Shown: in pieces, positions 8,865 through 17,302 of the stretch
Layout of the letters: each line of letters opens with the position of its first letter
How positions within the stretch are numbered: position 1 is the first letter of the stretch
Virus record (IMG/VR): IMGVR_UViG_3300017909_000505
Coordinates: 1 to 24,920 of that record
DNA length: 24,920 bases
Reading direction: 5' to 3' (one strand)
Source of the DNA: a virus
Taxonomy: Duplodnaviria; Caudoviricetes
Translations under genes and position numbers: made by a program
Notes under the pieces: model-generated
What the model saw: only the letters and a program-made list of their open reading frames with translations
Databases searched by the model: none
Told to the model about the DNA's origin: nothing

Positions 8865-9964
8865 TGGCTAAAATGAAGTTTAATCCAAAGGACACTAAGT
8901 ATAAAACTTTACCGAAATCAGCATCGCCTAAGTCACCTAACGAACCAGATGAATATTCAGATCATTCTTATGATCACAGAGAGACCCGTCCTGACGGATC
9001 TGTAGTTTATTATTATGAAAATGGTGTTAAAGCTATACACCATCCTAAAAAAACAGGGGCTTCTTACCATCGTAGAGCAAGTAAACATCACGAAAAAGAA
9101 GCAACAAATGCTATAAATGCAAAAGATTCATCAAAAGCTTTATCACATCTTAAAGCTAGATTAGGTCATTTAATGGAAGCTGATAAAAAAGAAGACTCTA
9201 AAGTAGAAAAACTATATAAAGATTTCGGCGGGGCTACTTCAGGTGCAGGAGATATAGTTGCCGTATCATCCGATCCCGGAATATTTACTGAAACATACAG
9301 TGGTACAAAGTCTAAAAAGAAAAAAAAGAAACTATCTGAAAAAGAAAAAATAAAAGAAAATGAAAAAAAGAAAAAGAAAGCAAGTGGTCCAGATAAATTA
9401 GATAAGTGGTTACAAGAAACACAAGAAAAAACATTAGACTTAATTAAAGACAAAGATAAACCTAAGTTTGATTTAGGTAGAACTGGTGGATTAACACCAG
9501 ACAACAATGTAAAAACATCTTTAGAAGAAAGAGATATGGAATCTTTTATGGAAGCTAGAGAGCGAAATGCAGAGGATAGAGCTTTTGGATTAAAGAAAAC
9601 AGATCAATTAAGTCAGTATGTTGTAGATTTAATTAATGATGTTCGTAAAGAATTACGCAAAGAAGATACTGATGATGAAGGTGCTAAAATGCATCAGGAA
9701 GCTATAAATGAGATGGATAAACTTAATGAAGATATGGTAAAAAATCCTGATAAATATAATTTAGAATTTGTTGAAGCCCCCCGTCAAGTTGAAAAAATGG
9801 AAACTGATTGGTCGAAAGACAAAAAAGATGGTAAACTAAATAATATGCCTTTTTTAGGAAACTATAAAAAGTCATTAGAAAAACAATATGGGACTAAAAG
9901 AAGTCCGAGACCTGACCCTAATGGGTATAGGAATCCACCAAACAGGAGGGTTCCAAAGGATTAA
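8864..9964 (+). CDS. Highly charged modular protein, candidate internal head protein
   Basis: TAATG coupled to portal; His-rich, Gly-rich and poly-Lys blocks separated by hydrophobic-x-K motifs. Confidence 0.65.
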   Translation: MAKMKFNPKDTKYKTLPKSASPKSPNEPDEYSDHSYDHRETRPDGSVVYYYENGVKAIHHPKKTGASYHRRASKHHEKEATNAINAKDSSKALSHLKARLGHLMEADKKEDSKVEKLYKDFGGATSGAGDIVAVSSDPGIFTETYSGTKSKKKKKKLSEKEKIKENEKKKKKASGPDKLDKWLQETQEKTLDLIKDKDKPKFDLGRTGGLTPDNNVKTSLEERDMESFMEARERNAEDRAFGLKKTDQLSQYVVDLINDVRKELRKEDTDDEGAKMHQEAINEMDKLNEDMVKNPDKYNLEFVEAPRQVEKMETDWSKDKKDGKLNNMPFLGNYKKSLEKQYGTKRSPRPDPNGYRNPPNRRVPKD

Positions 9965-9976
9965 GAGGAGAATAGC

Positions 9977-11335
9977 ATGACAACATTCGTCATACCAGAA
10001 GAGGCAAAAGAAGAGATAGTAAAAAGAAAGATGGCAGGAGCAACATGGAGTGCTCTATCAAGATGGGTAGAAGATAGATGGGGTGTAGCAGTTCACAGAA
10101 CTACGTTACAGAAGTGGTACGATAGAGAAGTAGAGCTACTCGATGATCAACAGTCAGAAGACATGGAAGATATGCAGACAGACTTTACACCTGAAGCACA
10201 TGTCAAAATGGCTAGGAAGATAGAAACTTATAAAGGTGAAGCTAGATACTGGAAGAAAGTTGCAGAAGCAGCTATCAAAAAAGAAGCTAAAGAAGATTTA
10301 TTAGTAGACTCTATCAAAAAATTTACCCCTTCATATAAAGAAGTAAAAAAGTATAAACGCCGAAAACCCACAGGTAAAATAAAAGGCAATAGTGTACAGT
10401 CTATGATTGCACCTCTTACAGATACCCACATTGGAGACAATGTTGAGTCAGAAGAAATGATGGGTTTGAATGAGTACAATATTGATATATTTAATAAAAG
10501 ACTTTATGGATGGGCAAACCAAGTTATTACATTAGCAGAACTTAGACGTAATTCCGCAGAGGTTGGAGAGCTTATAGTTCCGATGCTTGGAGATATGATT
10601 AGTGGAGACATCCATGAAGAGTTAGCTAGAACTAACAATGATCATTGCATGGGGCAAATGATCAGAGGGGCTAACCTTATATCACAAGCACTAATGCTTA
10701 TTGCTCCACACTTTGATAAAGTAAGAGTTCCATGTGTAGTTGGTAATCATGGTCGGATGACTAGAAAACCGCCTATGAAAAATAAGTATATGGATTGGGA
10801 TTACATGTTGTATCAATGGATATCTGTGTTCTGTCAAAATCAAAAGAACATAGAATTTCACATACCTAAAACATTTATGACTACGATTGACGTATGTAAC
10901 AGAAATATATTGCTAGCTCACGGAGATTTTATTAGTGGTGGTGGTAGCGGCACTGCAATCAATCGAGGTGTAAGCAATATGCGAAATGTTCTTTCATTCA
11001 GGAAAGGTCTAAAAGAAGAACTTAATCATATACAGGATAACAGTTTAGAAAATGTGCCTGATAATTATGACTCAGCTTTACTAGGGCACTTCCATAGAAT
11101 AGATGAGATAGATATTGGTACAGGTGCAGTTCACATATGTGGTTGTATGAAGGGTGGAGATGAATTTGCAATGCAAAGAGTTCAAGCCATTAATAAACCA
11201 AGACAATTAGTTCTATATTATCACCCTAAATACGGCGAAATTGGTAAAGAAATTATATACTTAAACAGATATGACTCTCGTAAAGGTCAGTTTAATGATA
11301 TATTACCTGATGTTTGGTCTAAAACTTTTAGCTAA
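9977..11335 (+). CDS. HTH + coiled coil + calcineurin-like metallophosphoesterase
   Basis: All five motifs: LTDTHIG, LGDMISG, VGNHGR, AHGD, GHFH; N-terminal HTH (ATWSALSRW...VHRTTLQKW); GAGGAG SD. Confidence 0.88.
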   Translation: MTTFVIPEEAKEEIVKRKMAGATWSALSRWVEDRWGVAVHRTTLQKWYDREVELLDDQQSEDMEDMQTDFTPEAHVKMARKIETYKGEARYWKKVAEAAIKKEAKEDLLVDSIKKFTPSYKEVKKYKRRKPTGKIKGNSVQSMIAPLTDTHIGDNVESEEMMGLNEYNIDIFNKRLYGWANQVITLAELRRNSAEVGELIVPMLGDMISGDIHEELARTNNDHCMGQMIRGANLISQALMLIAPHFDKVRVPCVVGNHGRMTRKPPMKNKYMDWDYMLYQWISVFCQNQKNIEFHIPKTFMTTIDVCNRNILLAHGDFISGGGSGTAINRGVSNMRNVLSFRKGLKEELNHIQDNSLENVPDNYDSALLGHFHRIDEIDIGTGAVHICGCMKGGDEFAMQRVQAINKPRQLVLYYHPKYGEIGKEIIYLNRYDSRKGQFNDILPDVWSKTFS

Positions 11336-11347
11336 TTAGGTTCAGAA

Positions 11348-11356
11348 TAGTATAAT
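11348..11356 (+). promoter_or_regulatory. TAGTATAAT promoter motif, copy 3 (probable leaderless transcript)
   Basis: TATAAT ends 5 nt before ATG 11362; no SD in between. Confidence 0.68.
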
Positions 11357-11361
11357 ATAGT

Positions 11362-11769
11362 ATGGATGAACAACGCATACTACAACTATTTCAACAAGCT
11401 GCTTTGAATACAATGCAAGCTATGGCTACTGAGATGTTTAGGAAGTCTCAAGAGAACTGTCCTTTTGTTACAGGTCAGCTAAGAAATTCTGGTGCCATTG
11501 TTGAAGCAAATCCGGGAGAAGGATCGTATACATTTTCATATAATGTGGATGATACTGCTCCTTATGTTAAATTAGTGGAAGAAGGTGGGAGAGTTGACGA
11601 CTATTTAAGACGGAACAGGAAAACAGGTAGACCAGAATCAGTTTCTGGATATGATGTAACTGGTAAATTCTTCATAAAAAATGCGATTGAAGATGTCTTA
11701 AGTGGGGATTTTGATGATGTTGTTGTGTCCGCAAACGAAGGTAGTAGCGGTTACTACATAAGCATATAA
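11362..11769 (+). CDS. HK97 gp10-like neck/tail-completion family protein
   Basis: CPFVTGQLRNSG, APYVKLVEEG, GKFFIKNA pattern. Confidence 0.78.
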   Translation: MDEQRILQLFQQAALNTMQAMATEMFRKSQENCPFVTGQLRNSGAIVEANPGEGSYTFSYNVDDTAPYVKLVEEGGRVDDYLRRNRKTGRPESVSGYDVTGKFFIKNAIEDVLSGDFDDVVVSANEGSSGYYISI

Positions 11770-11780
11770 AAGAGGTAGAT

Positions 11781-11993
11781 ATGGAAGAATTAGATGTAAC
11801 AAAAGAACAGGAATGGATCATAGCAAAGCATTCGCGGATGGTTGGTAAGGTTTTAGACCTTGTAGAAGCAGCCATGCCAGAGGGAAAACAGTGTGAAAAG
11901 CTCAAAAAATTACTACAAGTCCCCCTATATGACTTTAGAAACGATATGTTACGTTTAGAAAGCGGCGAGGCAGATACTAATATCGTTGAATAA
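11781..11993 (+). CDS. Hypothetical 70-aa helical protein
   Basis: GAGGT SD; amphipathic helices. Confidence 0.7.
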   Translation: MEELDVTKEQEWIIAKHSRMVGKVLDLVEAAMPEGKQCEKLKKLLQVPLYDFRNDMLRLESGEADTNIVE

Positions 11994-12024
11994 CCCCTAT
12001 ATTTTTTTATATTTATACTTAAAT

Positions 12025-12033
12025 TAGTATAAT
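12025..12033 (+). promoter_or_regulatory. TAGTATAAT promoter motif, copy 4 (scaffold/capsid operon)
   Basis: In very AT-rich intergenic region upstream of scaffold. Confidence 0.68.
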
Positions 12034-12072
12034 AAAAGTGACTATAAAATATAGTATTTTATAATATATTGT

Positions 12073-12106
12073 AAAAAGGTCGGGGGTGGCTTAGACCAAC
12101 CTTTTT
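12073..12106. terminator. Terminator-like hairpin with A and T tails
   Basis: AAAAAGGTCGG (12073-12083) pairs with CCAACCTTTTT (12096-12106), one mismatch, 12-nt loop. Confidence 0.45.
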
Positions 12107-12156
12107 CTGGTCGAACAAAGTTAATTATTACAAAACTTTAAAACAAGGAGGCTATA

Positions 12157-12993
12157 ATGGCTGATGAAATTCTAGATAGAATTGAAAAGCACATGGAAGG
12201 TACGTCATTAGGTTTGGCGGCTCTTGCAGAAGTGCTACAAAAAATGGATGGAAGAATGGAAGCAGATGACGCATACGCTATTGAAAAAGCTGAGCAAGAA
12301 GAAGCAGCTTTGGAGCACGCGGCATTAGTAAAAGATATTGCAAAATCAGTGTTAATAGAGCTCTCAGATCAAGGTATGGACGTTGACGGTACAGACATCG
12401 AAAACGTAGGAAAGCCAGATCCGACAAAAGGAGCTACTGCTACACCTAACTACATAGGTGATGCTGACGACTCGTCTGAAACTGTTACTCCAAGAAGCAG
12501 CATTGAAGAACAACAAGCTTCAATCATGGCTGAAGATGACGATGATGAAGACGAAGAGAAAGCAATGCACGCAGGCAAAATGAAAGCAGAAGAAGATGAT
12601 GATGACGATGATGACAAAGACATTGAAAACGCATACAAAAAAGTAGAAATGGCAGACGATGAAGAGGACGAAGATGAAGAAAAAGCTATGTTGAAAAAAT
12701 CAATAAAGCAACTTCAGAAACAAATCGAAGCGTTAGACATTTCTAAAGCAGTAAAAGAAGAATCCGAGAATAGACTACGAAAAATGGGATTCAAGGAAGA
12801 GAATGGATTACAGAGACCGCAATTGAGCACTAACGTGTTTGGAGCAGATGAAACTCCAATCAAGAAGGCTCAAACTGTGAACGATGTAGTTGACCAACTT
12901 ACTAACTTGTAATACAAAGAACTCAGAAAAATGCAAGAGTTCAAGAGACAAGGACTAACAGAGAACTTGCCAGACGAAATCGCAAATCTCTAA
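12157..12993 (+). CDS. Capsid scaffolding protein, interrupted by in-frame TAA at 12910-12912
   Basis: AAGGAGG SD; acidic, coiled-coil protein directly upstream of MCP; frame continues 26 codons past the TAA to a second TAA at 12991-12993. Confidence 0.75.
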
Positions 12994-13030
12994 ACTTAAA
13001 TTAAACTAGAAAAACGAGAGGATAATAATT

Positions 13031-14407
13031 ATGCCTTCACTAAGTGAATACATAGCTCAATCGAATAGAGGACTAAACCAGTCTGTATTCGGTCCTGAGT
13101 ACTTATCAAAAGCGTTTAATGCTGCGAACACAGGAACTGCAGATGCGATCTACACGACTACAGCTGCGGATAATGTGTTTACATCTACTTTCGGAAGAAA
13201 AGTATGGCAATCATTAAACAACCAAACTCGTTTCTTCAACGCAATCCCAAGAACTGTTTTCGGTAACACCGTTGGTTGGAGGGTAAGAACAGATAGAGGT
13301 AGCCAAAGGTCTCGACCAATAACAGAGACTGGTAGTCTACCAGACATCGATGTATCAAACATCGAAACTATCTCAAGCTTGCCTAAGATAGTATCAACCT
13401 CATTCGGTGCTTCTGTGAAAGCCATGTACACTGCCCAATTAGAAGGTGGTGTAGGTGACGTTCTAGCGTTGGAAAACGAAAACGCACAACTTGACCACAT
13501 CAAGGAAATGAACCAAGAGCTATTGCTACCAAATACAGTAGCAAACATTGCGGCTGGTGGTTCAACTACAGATGCTAACGTAACAGACGGAGCTAACTTA
13601 AGAGTTGGTGACACAGTAATGTTAGTGGATGCTGGTTCAGCAACAGCAAATACACCAGCAATTTCTGCAATTTCTGGTACTGACATAACATTCGGTAGTG
13701 CACTATCAGGTACACCTGCAAACGGTTCTTCAACTGTAGCAGACAACCTATCAGTGCAAACTAGAGCAGGATTAACATCAATTGATGATATCGTTGCAAT
13801 TAACAACGATGCAACAGTTGGTAACGGTGGTGTACAGAGGTTCGCTGGAGCTTATGACTTAACTACAGCAGACAGAACTTCAGGCACATTCGGTGCTGCT
13901 GCTACTGTAAAAGGTAACAGTGGTGTTGGAAGAGACCTATCTCTAAACCTACTTGATGACTGTATTCAGTCTATCAGGACAAATGGTGGAGAACCTAAGT
14001 TAATTCTTATGGGTCACGACCAATACTTTAAATTAGAGAGATTACTTAACTCTCAACAGAGATACATGGGACAGGAAGAGTACCAAGTAGGTGTAGGTTC
14101 TGAAAAGACCTTCCCGGGTACAAGAACTGGACTAGTTCTCGCAACTTACCAAGGTATTCCAATTCTACCAGATGCAGACACTACTAAATCAGAGGCTGCT
14201 TCAGGTGGTTCAAAATTGGGTTCAAACGTATACGTATTGGACACAGACTACCTTGAAATCGCTGTCGCTCAACCTACTCAGTATATTGAGAACAGAGATT
14301 ACTTCGCAGCTGACGCACTTGTAGTCAGAGGTTTGCTATACACAATGGCAGAGTTCAGAGCTTACAGGTTTGACGTACAGGGTGCGATTTTAGACTTAAA
14401 CTCATAG
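13031..14407 (+). CDS. Major capsid protein (HK97 fold) with beta-rich insertion
   Basis: 458 aa after scaffold; ITETGSLP E-loop-like segment, KEMNQELL spine helix, GGEPKLILM, LATYQGIPILPD, VYVLDTDYL; many C-ending codons typical of high expression. Confidence 0.88.
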   Translation: MPSLSEYIAQSNRGLNQSVFGPEYLSKAFNAANTGTADAIYTTTAADNVFTSTFGRKVWQSLNNQTRFFNAIPRTVFGNTVGWRVRTDRGSQRSRPITETGSLPDIDVSNIETISSLPKIVSTSFGASVKAMYTAQLEGGVGDVLALENENAQLDHIKEMNQELLLPNTVANIAAGGSTTDANVTDGANLRVGDTVMLVDAGSATANTPAISAISGTDITFGSALSGTPANGSSTVADNLSVQTRAGLTSIDDIVAINNDATVGNGGVQRFAGAYDLTTADRTSGTFGAAATVKGNSGVGRDLSLNLLDDCIQSIRTNGGEPKLILMGHDQYFKLERLLNSQQRYMGQEEYQVGVGSEKTFPGTRTGLVLATYQGIPILPDADTTKSEAASGGSKLGSNVYVLDTDYLEIAVAQPTQYIENRDYFAADALVVRGLLYTMAEFRAYRFDVQGAILDLNS

Positions 14408-14408
14408 T

Positions 14409-14455
14409 CTTATAATATATGGGGATGGGAACTTACTCATCCCCATATCTATAAG
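14409..14455 (+). other. Strong stem-loop after capsid gene (no U-tract)
   Basis: ATATGGGGATGGG / CTCATCCCCATAT 13-bp stem with one G-U, extended by CTTATA / TATAAG. Confidence 0.75.
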
Positions 14456-14469
14456 GGGGAAATAAAAAT

Positions 14470-14793
14470 ATGGCATTAACAATAACAAATCCCGGTTCAT
14501 CAAGTGACGTAACTGGAGTTCCCGGCAATATAAAGTATGTTATTAAAGACATTACTTTTGATGACTCATATCCAACTGGTGGTGAATCTTTCACTGCTAC
14601 ACAGATGGGGTTAGAGGAACTATACATTGTTCTTATTTCACAAAAATCTGACGGTTATGTGGTACAATATGACTACACTAACGAAAAGTTAGAAATTTAT
14701 GAAGCAGGTGCAGACGGTGCCGCATTGGACGAACTTGGTAACACAGCAGATGCGAGTGGAATTGCAATTAGAATAATTGCTTACGGAAAGTAA
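14470..14793 (+). CDS. Putative head decoration/cement protein
   Basis: 107 aa beta-rich, DITFDDSYPTGGE, immediately after MCP. Confidence 0.6.
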   Translation: MALTITNPGSSSDVTGVPGNIKYVIKDITFDDSYPTGGESFTATQMGLEELYIVLISQKSDGYVVQYDYTNEKLEIYEAGADGAALDELGNTADASGIAIRIIAYGK

Positions 14794-14796
14794 AAT

Positions 14797-14865
14797 GTCC
14801 ACAAAAATAAATCTACGATATTAAAGCTGTCTTAGAGCAAGTTTCTAGGCAGCTTCGTAGAGGAC
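14797..14865 (+). other. Long bulged intergenic hairpin
   Basis: Nested pairs GTCC/GGAC, TCTACG/CGTAGA, AAGCTGTC/GGCAGCTT, TAGA/TCTA. Confidence 0.6.
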
Positions 14866-14888
14866 TATATGATTAGGAGAACAAATAC

Positions 14889-15911
14889 ATGTCAATAACA
14901 AACGATTATTTTGACTCAGCGTCTTTTGAAACGTGGCAATCGGACCCAAGTACAAGAACCGCTGTGCAACCATGGGACAGATACGTCCCTTTTAGTGGTT
15001 CAGTAGGCACAAGTGCTGCTGATGTAATAAATATTTACTCAAGTGCATATTACGATATAGACCAAGGGGCGACTACAGCAAATCTAGAATTACCTTATAG
15101 TGGTAGTCCCGGTATAAATAGAATTTTAAACCCATCAATAGAGAATACAGATATATCAGAATTTACAGCAGCTGGGTCTGCTATATCAAGAACAACTGGA
15201 GCCCCTTTCTTGGGCACAGCAGAATTGACATGTAACCCAGATAACTCAGCAGCTAAAGAGGGATTCACTGTCACTACAGATACTTTAGCTGGAGGCACAT
15301 CAAGAAGTTCAGATGCATATTTATGTGCACAAGGAATGGTAAGAGGTGCATCAGCATCAGGAGATGCAGTGATCCAAATTTTAGATTCTAGTGATTCTGT
15401 CTTAGCTACTAGTGAAGCAGTTAGCTTAACAACATCTTACCAAAGAGTATCAGTACATTACAAACTTCCAGTAGGTGGAGCAACTTATAAAGTTAAGTTC
15501 TGCTCAAACACTCAGCACAATATCAATATGTTGTGGGATGCGTTAATGTATGATAAAAGAAAAGACACAAAAGTTATTGATTACATAGATGGTAACCTTG
15601 CTGGTGGTAACACATACCAATGGGAAGGAACTACAGACCTATCAAGGTCAAGACATCTATCCCCAATAGGTGCGATTAGAGGAATAAGTATTAGAAACAC
15701 TCACGCATCGAATGTATTATATGTAGCGTTTGATACTGTTGCAGAAGCAAGTACAGCCGCTATAAAATTAACTGGTAATGATACTACAGAACATAACTTC
15801 TTTGCTAGCACACATCCATTAGACTTCAGAAAAAATGTTTCTGTAATAGGTAGTGGAGCTAGTACAACTTACGAAGGTGTAATTTGGGGAGTTGCATCCC
15901 CTGTAGGATAG
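14889..15911 (+). CDS. Virion structural protein with carbohydrate-binding-module-like domain
   Basis: AGGAG SD; S/T/G/A-rich beta protein; NRILNPSIE...SLTTSYQRVSV...WDALM...YIDG...WEGT resembles galactose-binding-like (CBM4/9) domains of phage surface proteins. Confidence 0.62.
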   Translation: MSITNDYFDSASFETWQSDPSTRTAVQPWDRYVPFSGSVGTSAADVINIYSSAYYDIDQGATTANLELPYSGSPGINRILNPSIENTDISEFTAAGSAISRTTGAPFLGTAELTCNPDNSAAKEGFTVTTDTLAGGTSRSSDAYLCAQGMVRGASASGDAVIQILDSSDSVLATSEAVSLTTSYQRVSVHYKLPVGGATYKVKFCSNTQHNINMLWDALMYDKRKDTKVIDYIDGNLAGGNTYQWEGTTDLSRSRHLSPIGAIRGISIRNTHASNVLYVAFDTVAEASTAAIKLTGNDTTEHNFFASTHPLDFRKNVSVIGSGASTTYEGVIWGVASPVG

Positions 15912-15919
15912 GAGAAACA

Positions 15920-17296
15920 ATGGTTACTATGGCTAGTAATACTGAATATAAAAGCTGGCTTTCGTCTGAAGACGAGACTATTATTTCTCTTGAAAAAGCA
16001 CAAGCTGGTAGGACTACACTTGATGATATTGCTGATGCAATAGATGAATACAAGCGTTTATTCGTAGCTGGGCTAGCATCTCCTGCAGAGAAGATTACTT
16101 TACACAGAGCCTTTCCTAGTGATGTTGAATATATGGAAGCGTGTGAAGCCTTAAAAAATGACGATGGTGACTACGATATGATGGTTGTTGGAGGTCCCGC
16201 ATCAGTAGAAGTTGTTGATAGAGAAGGGCATCTGATCACTACAGACGCTCTTAAAAAAGCATTTAAGAAGTACATGAAGAACTTTAGAGGCAGAAACGTA
16301 ATGGTTATGCACTCTGATGTTCAAGTAGGACACGCACTCCCAGCATACATAAGTAAGTCTGGTAACATATTTAAGAGTGGTGTAGACGACAAGGGTTTAT
16401 TCTTTATAGCAGAACTAAGAGATGACACAAAGATATCAGGTAGAGTGAGAGATCAAATTGAAAAAGGTGGTATGAAATCATACTCAATCGCTGGTAGTGC
16501 CACTCAGAGTAAACAAATAAATAAATCTGATGGTAGCACCATATTACAAGTAGATGACATGGAGCTAGCAGAAGTAACAATATGTGAAAAGGGAGTAAAT
16601 CAGAACGCTCATTTTGAATTACTTAAAGGTGATAAAGCGGAAGGGTCATGTGTAGATGGCAGTTGTTTAACAAAATCTCACGACCCCGCTCCCGAACAAA
16701 ATATAATTGTTTTAACTAAAGGTGAAGTCCCATCCTATAAAGATCTATTTATGAAGTGGATCATTAAAGAAGATGACTCTGATAAATCTAGAGCAATAGC
16801 TATTGCAACTGCACAAGCTAAAAAAGAGGGCTACAAAAAATTTACGGATGGTAGTCCCGGCGATAAAAGAAGGGACAAGATTGCAGAGGAAATTAAAAGA
16901 AGTCTTAAAAAAGCTGAAAGAGAAACACGACTTACGGAGTTTGGTGATGAAGATAGGGGAGGAATGAAGTTCAGAACTAGGACTGATAAAGTTGAGGGCG
17001 GTAGATTTAGAGATGCTGCTACACCATATGTTGGACAGGGTGTGCTTAGTAGAAGTGAATACAATCCTCAAACTGGTAAAGAGTTTACTGCCGGTAGAAC
17101 TTATGATGAAAAAGGTCAAAAAGGTGTTTACGTTAAGCAGTCAAAAAAAGAACCTACTTTAGCTAGATCATCTAGAGCTGGGGTAGTAACACAAGAACTT
17201 TCACTAAAAGCACAAGAGGTTGAGGGCAGAAGGAAGAATCCCCCACCTGCAATTACTAAACAATTATTTTTGAATAAGATGAAGGAGTTAGTATAA
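15920..17296 (+). CDS. HK97-family prohead maturation protease with N- and C-terminal extensions
   Basis: Start ATG 15920 after AGGAG. GPASVEVVDREGHLI, VMVMHS (His), KSYSIAG (Ser), ELAEVTICEKGVNQNA. Confidence 0.9.
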   Translation: MVTMASNTEYKSWLSSEDETIISLEKAQAGRTTLDDIADAIDEYKRLFVAGLASPAEKITLHRAFPSDVEYMEACEALKNDDGDYDMMVVGGPASVEVVDREGHLITTDALKKAFKKYMKNFRGRNVMVMHSDVQVGHALPAYISKSGNIFKSGVDDKGLFFIAELRDDTKISGRVRDQIEKGGMKSYSIAGSATQSKQINKSDGSTILQVDDMELAEVTICEKGVNQNAHFELLKGDKAEGSCVDGSCLTKSHDPAPEQNIIVLTKGEVPSYKDLFMKWIIKEDDSDKSRAIAIATAQAKKEGYKKFTDGSPGDKRRDKIAEEIKRSLKKAERETRLTEFGDEDRGGMKFRTRTDKVEGGRFRDAATPYVGQGVLSRSEYNPQTGKEFTAGRTYDEKGQKGVYVKQSKKEPTLARSSRAGVVTQELSLKAQEVEGRRKNPPPAITKQLFLNKMKELV

Positions 17297-17297
17297 T
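17289..17297 (+). promoter_or_regulatory. TAGTATAAT promoter motif, copy 5 (contains the protease stop codon)
   Basis: TATAAT ends 5 nt before ATG 17303, same geometry as copy 3. Confidence 0.65.
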
Positions 17298-17302
17298 ATA
17301 AT

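Noticed and set aside
9310-9380. A-rich runs as programmed frameshift site
   Set aside because: They encode poly-Lys in an intact frame and I saw no useful alternative-frame product.
11994-12156. tRNA or known riboswitch in intergenic gaps
   Set aside because: No cloverleaf, T-loop or cobalamin-box consensus recognised here or in other gaps.
12530-12690. GAY/GAR trinucleotide repeats
   Set aside because: Simply encode acidic tracts of the scaffold.
13150-13806. 218-aa antisense ORF and other minus-strand ORFs inside long genes
   Set aside because: Shadows of codon bias in the plus-strand genes; no SD or motifs.
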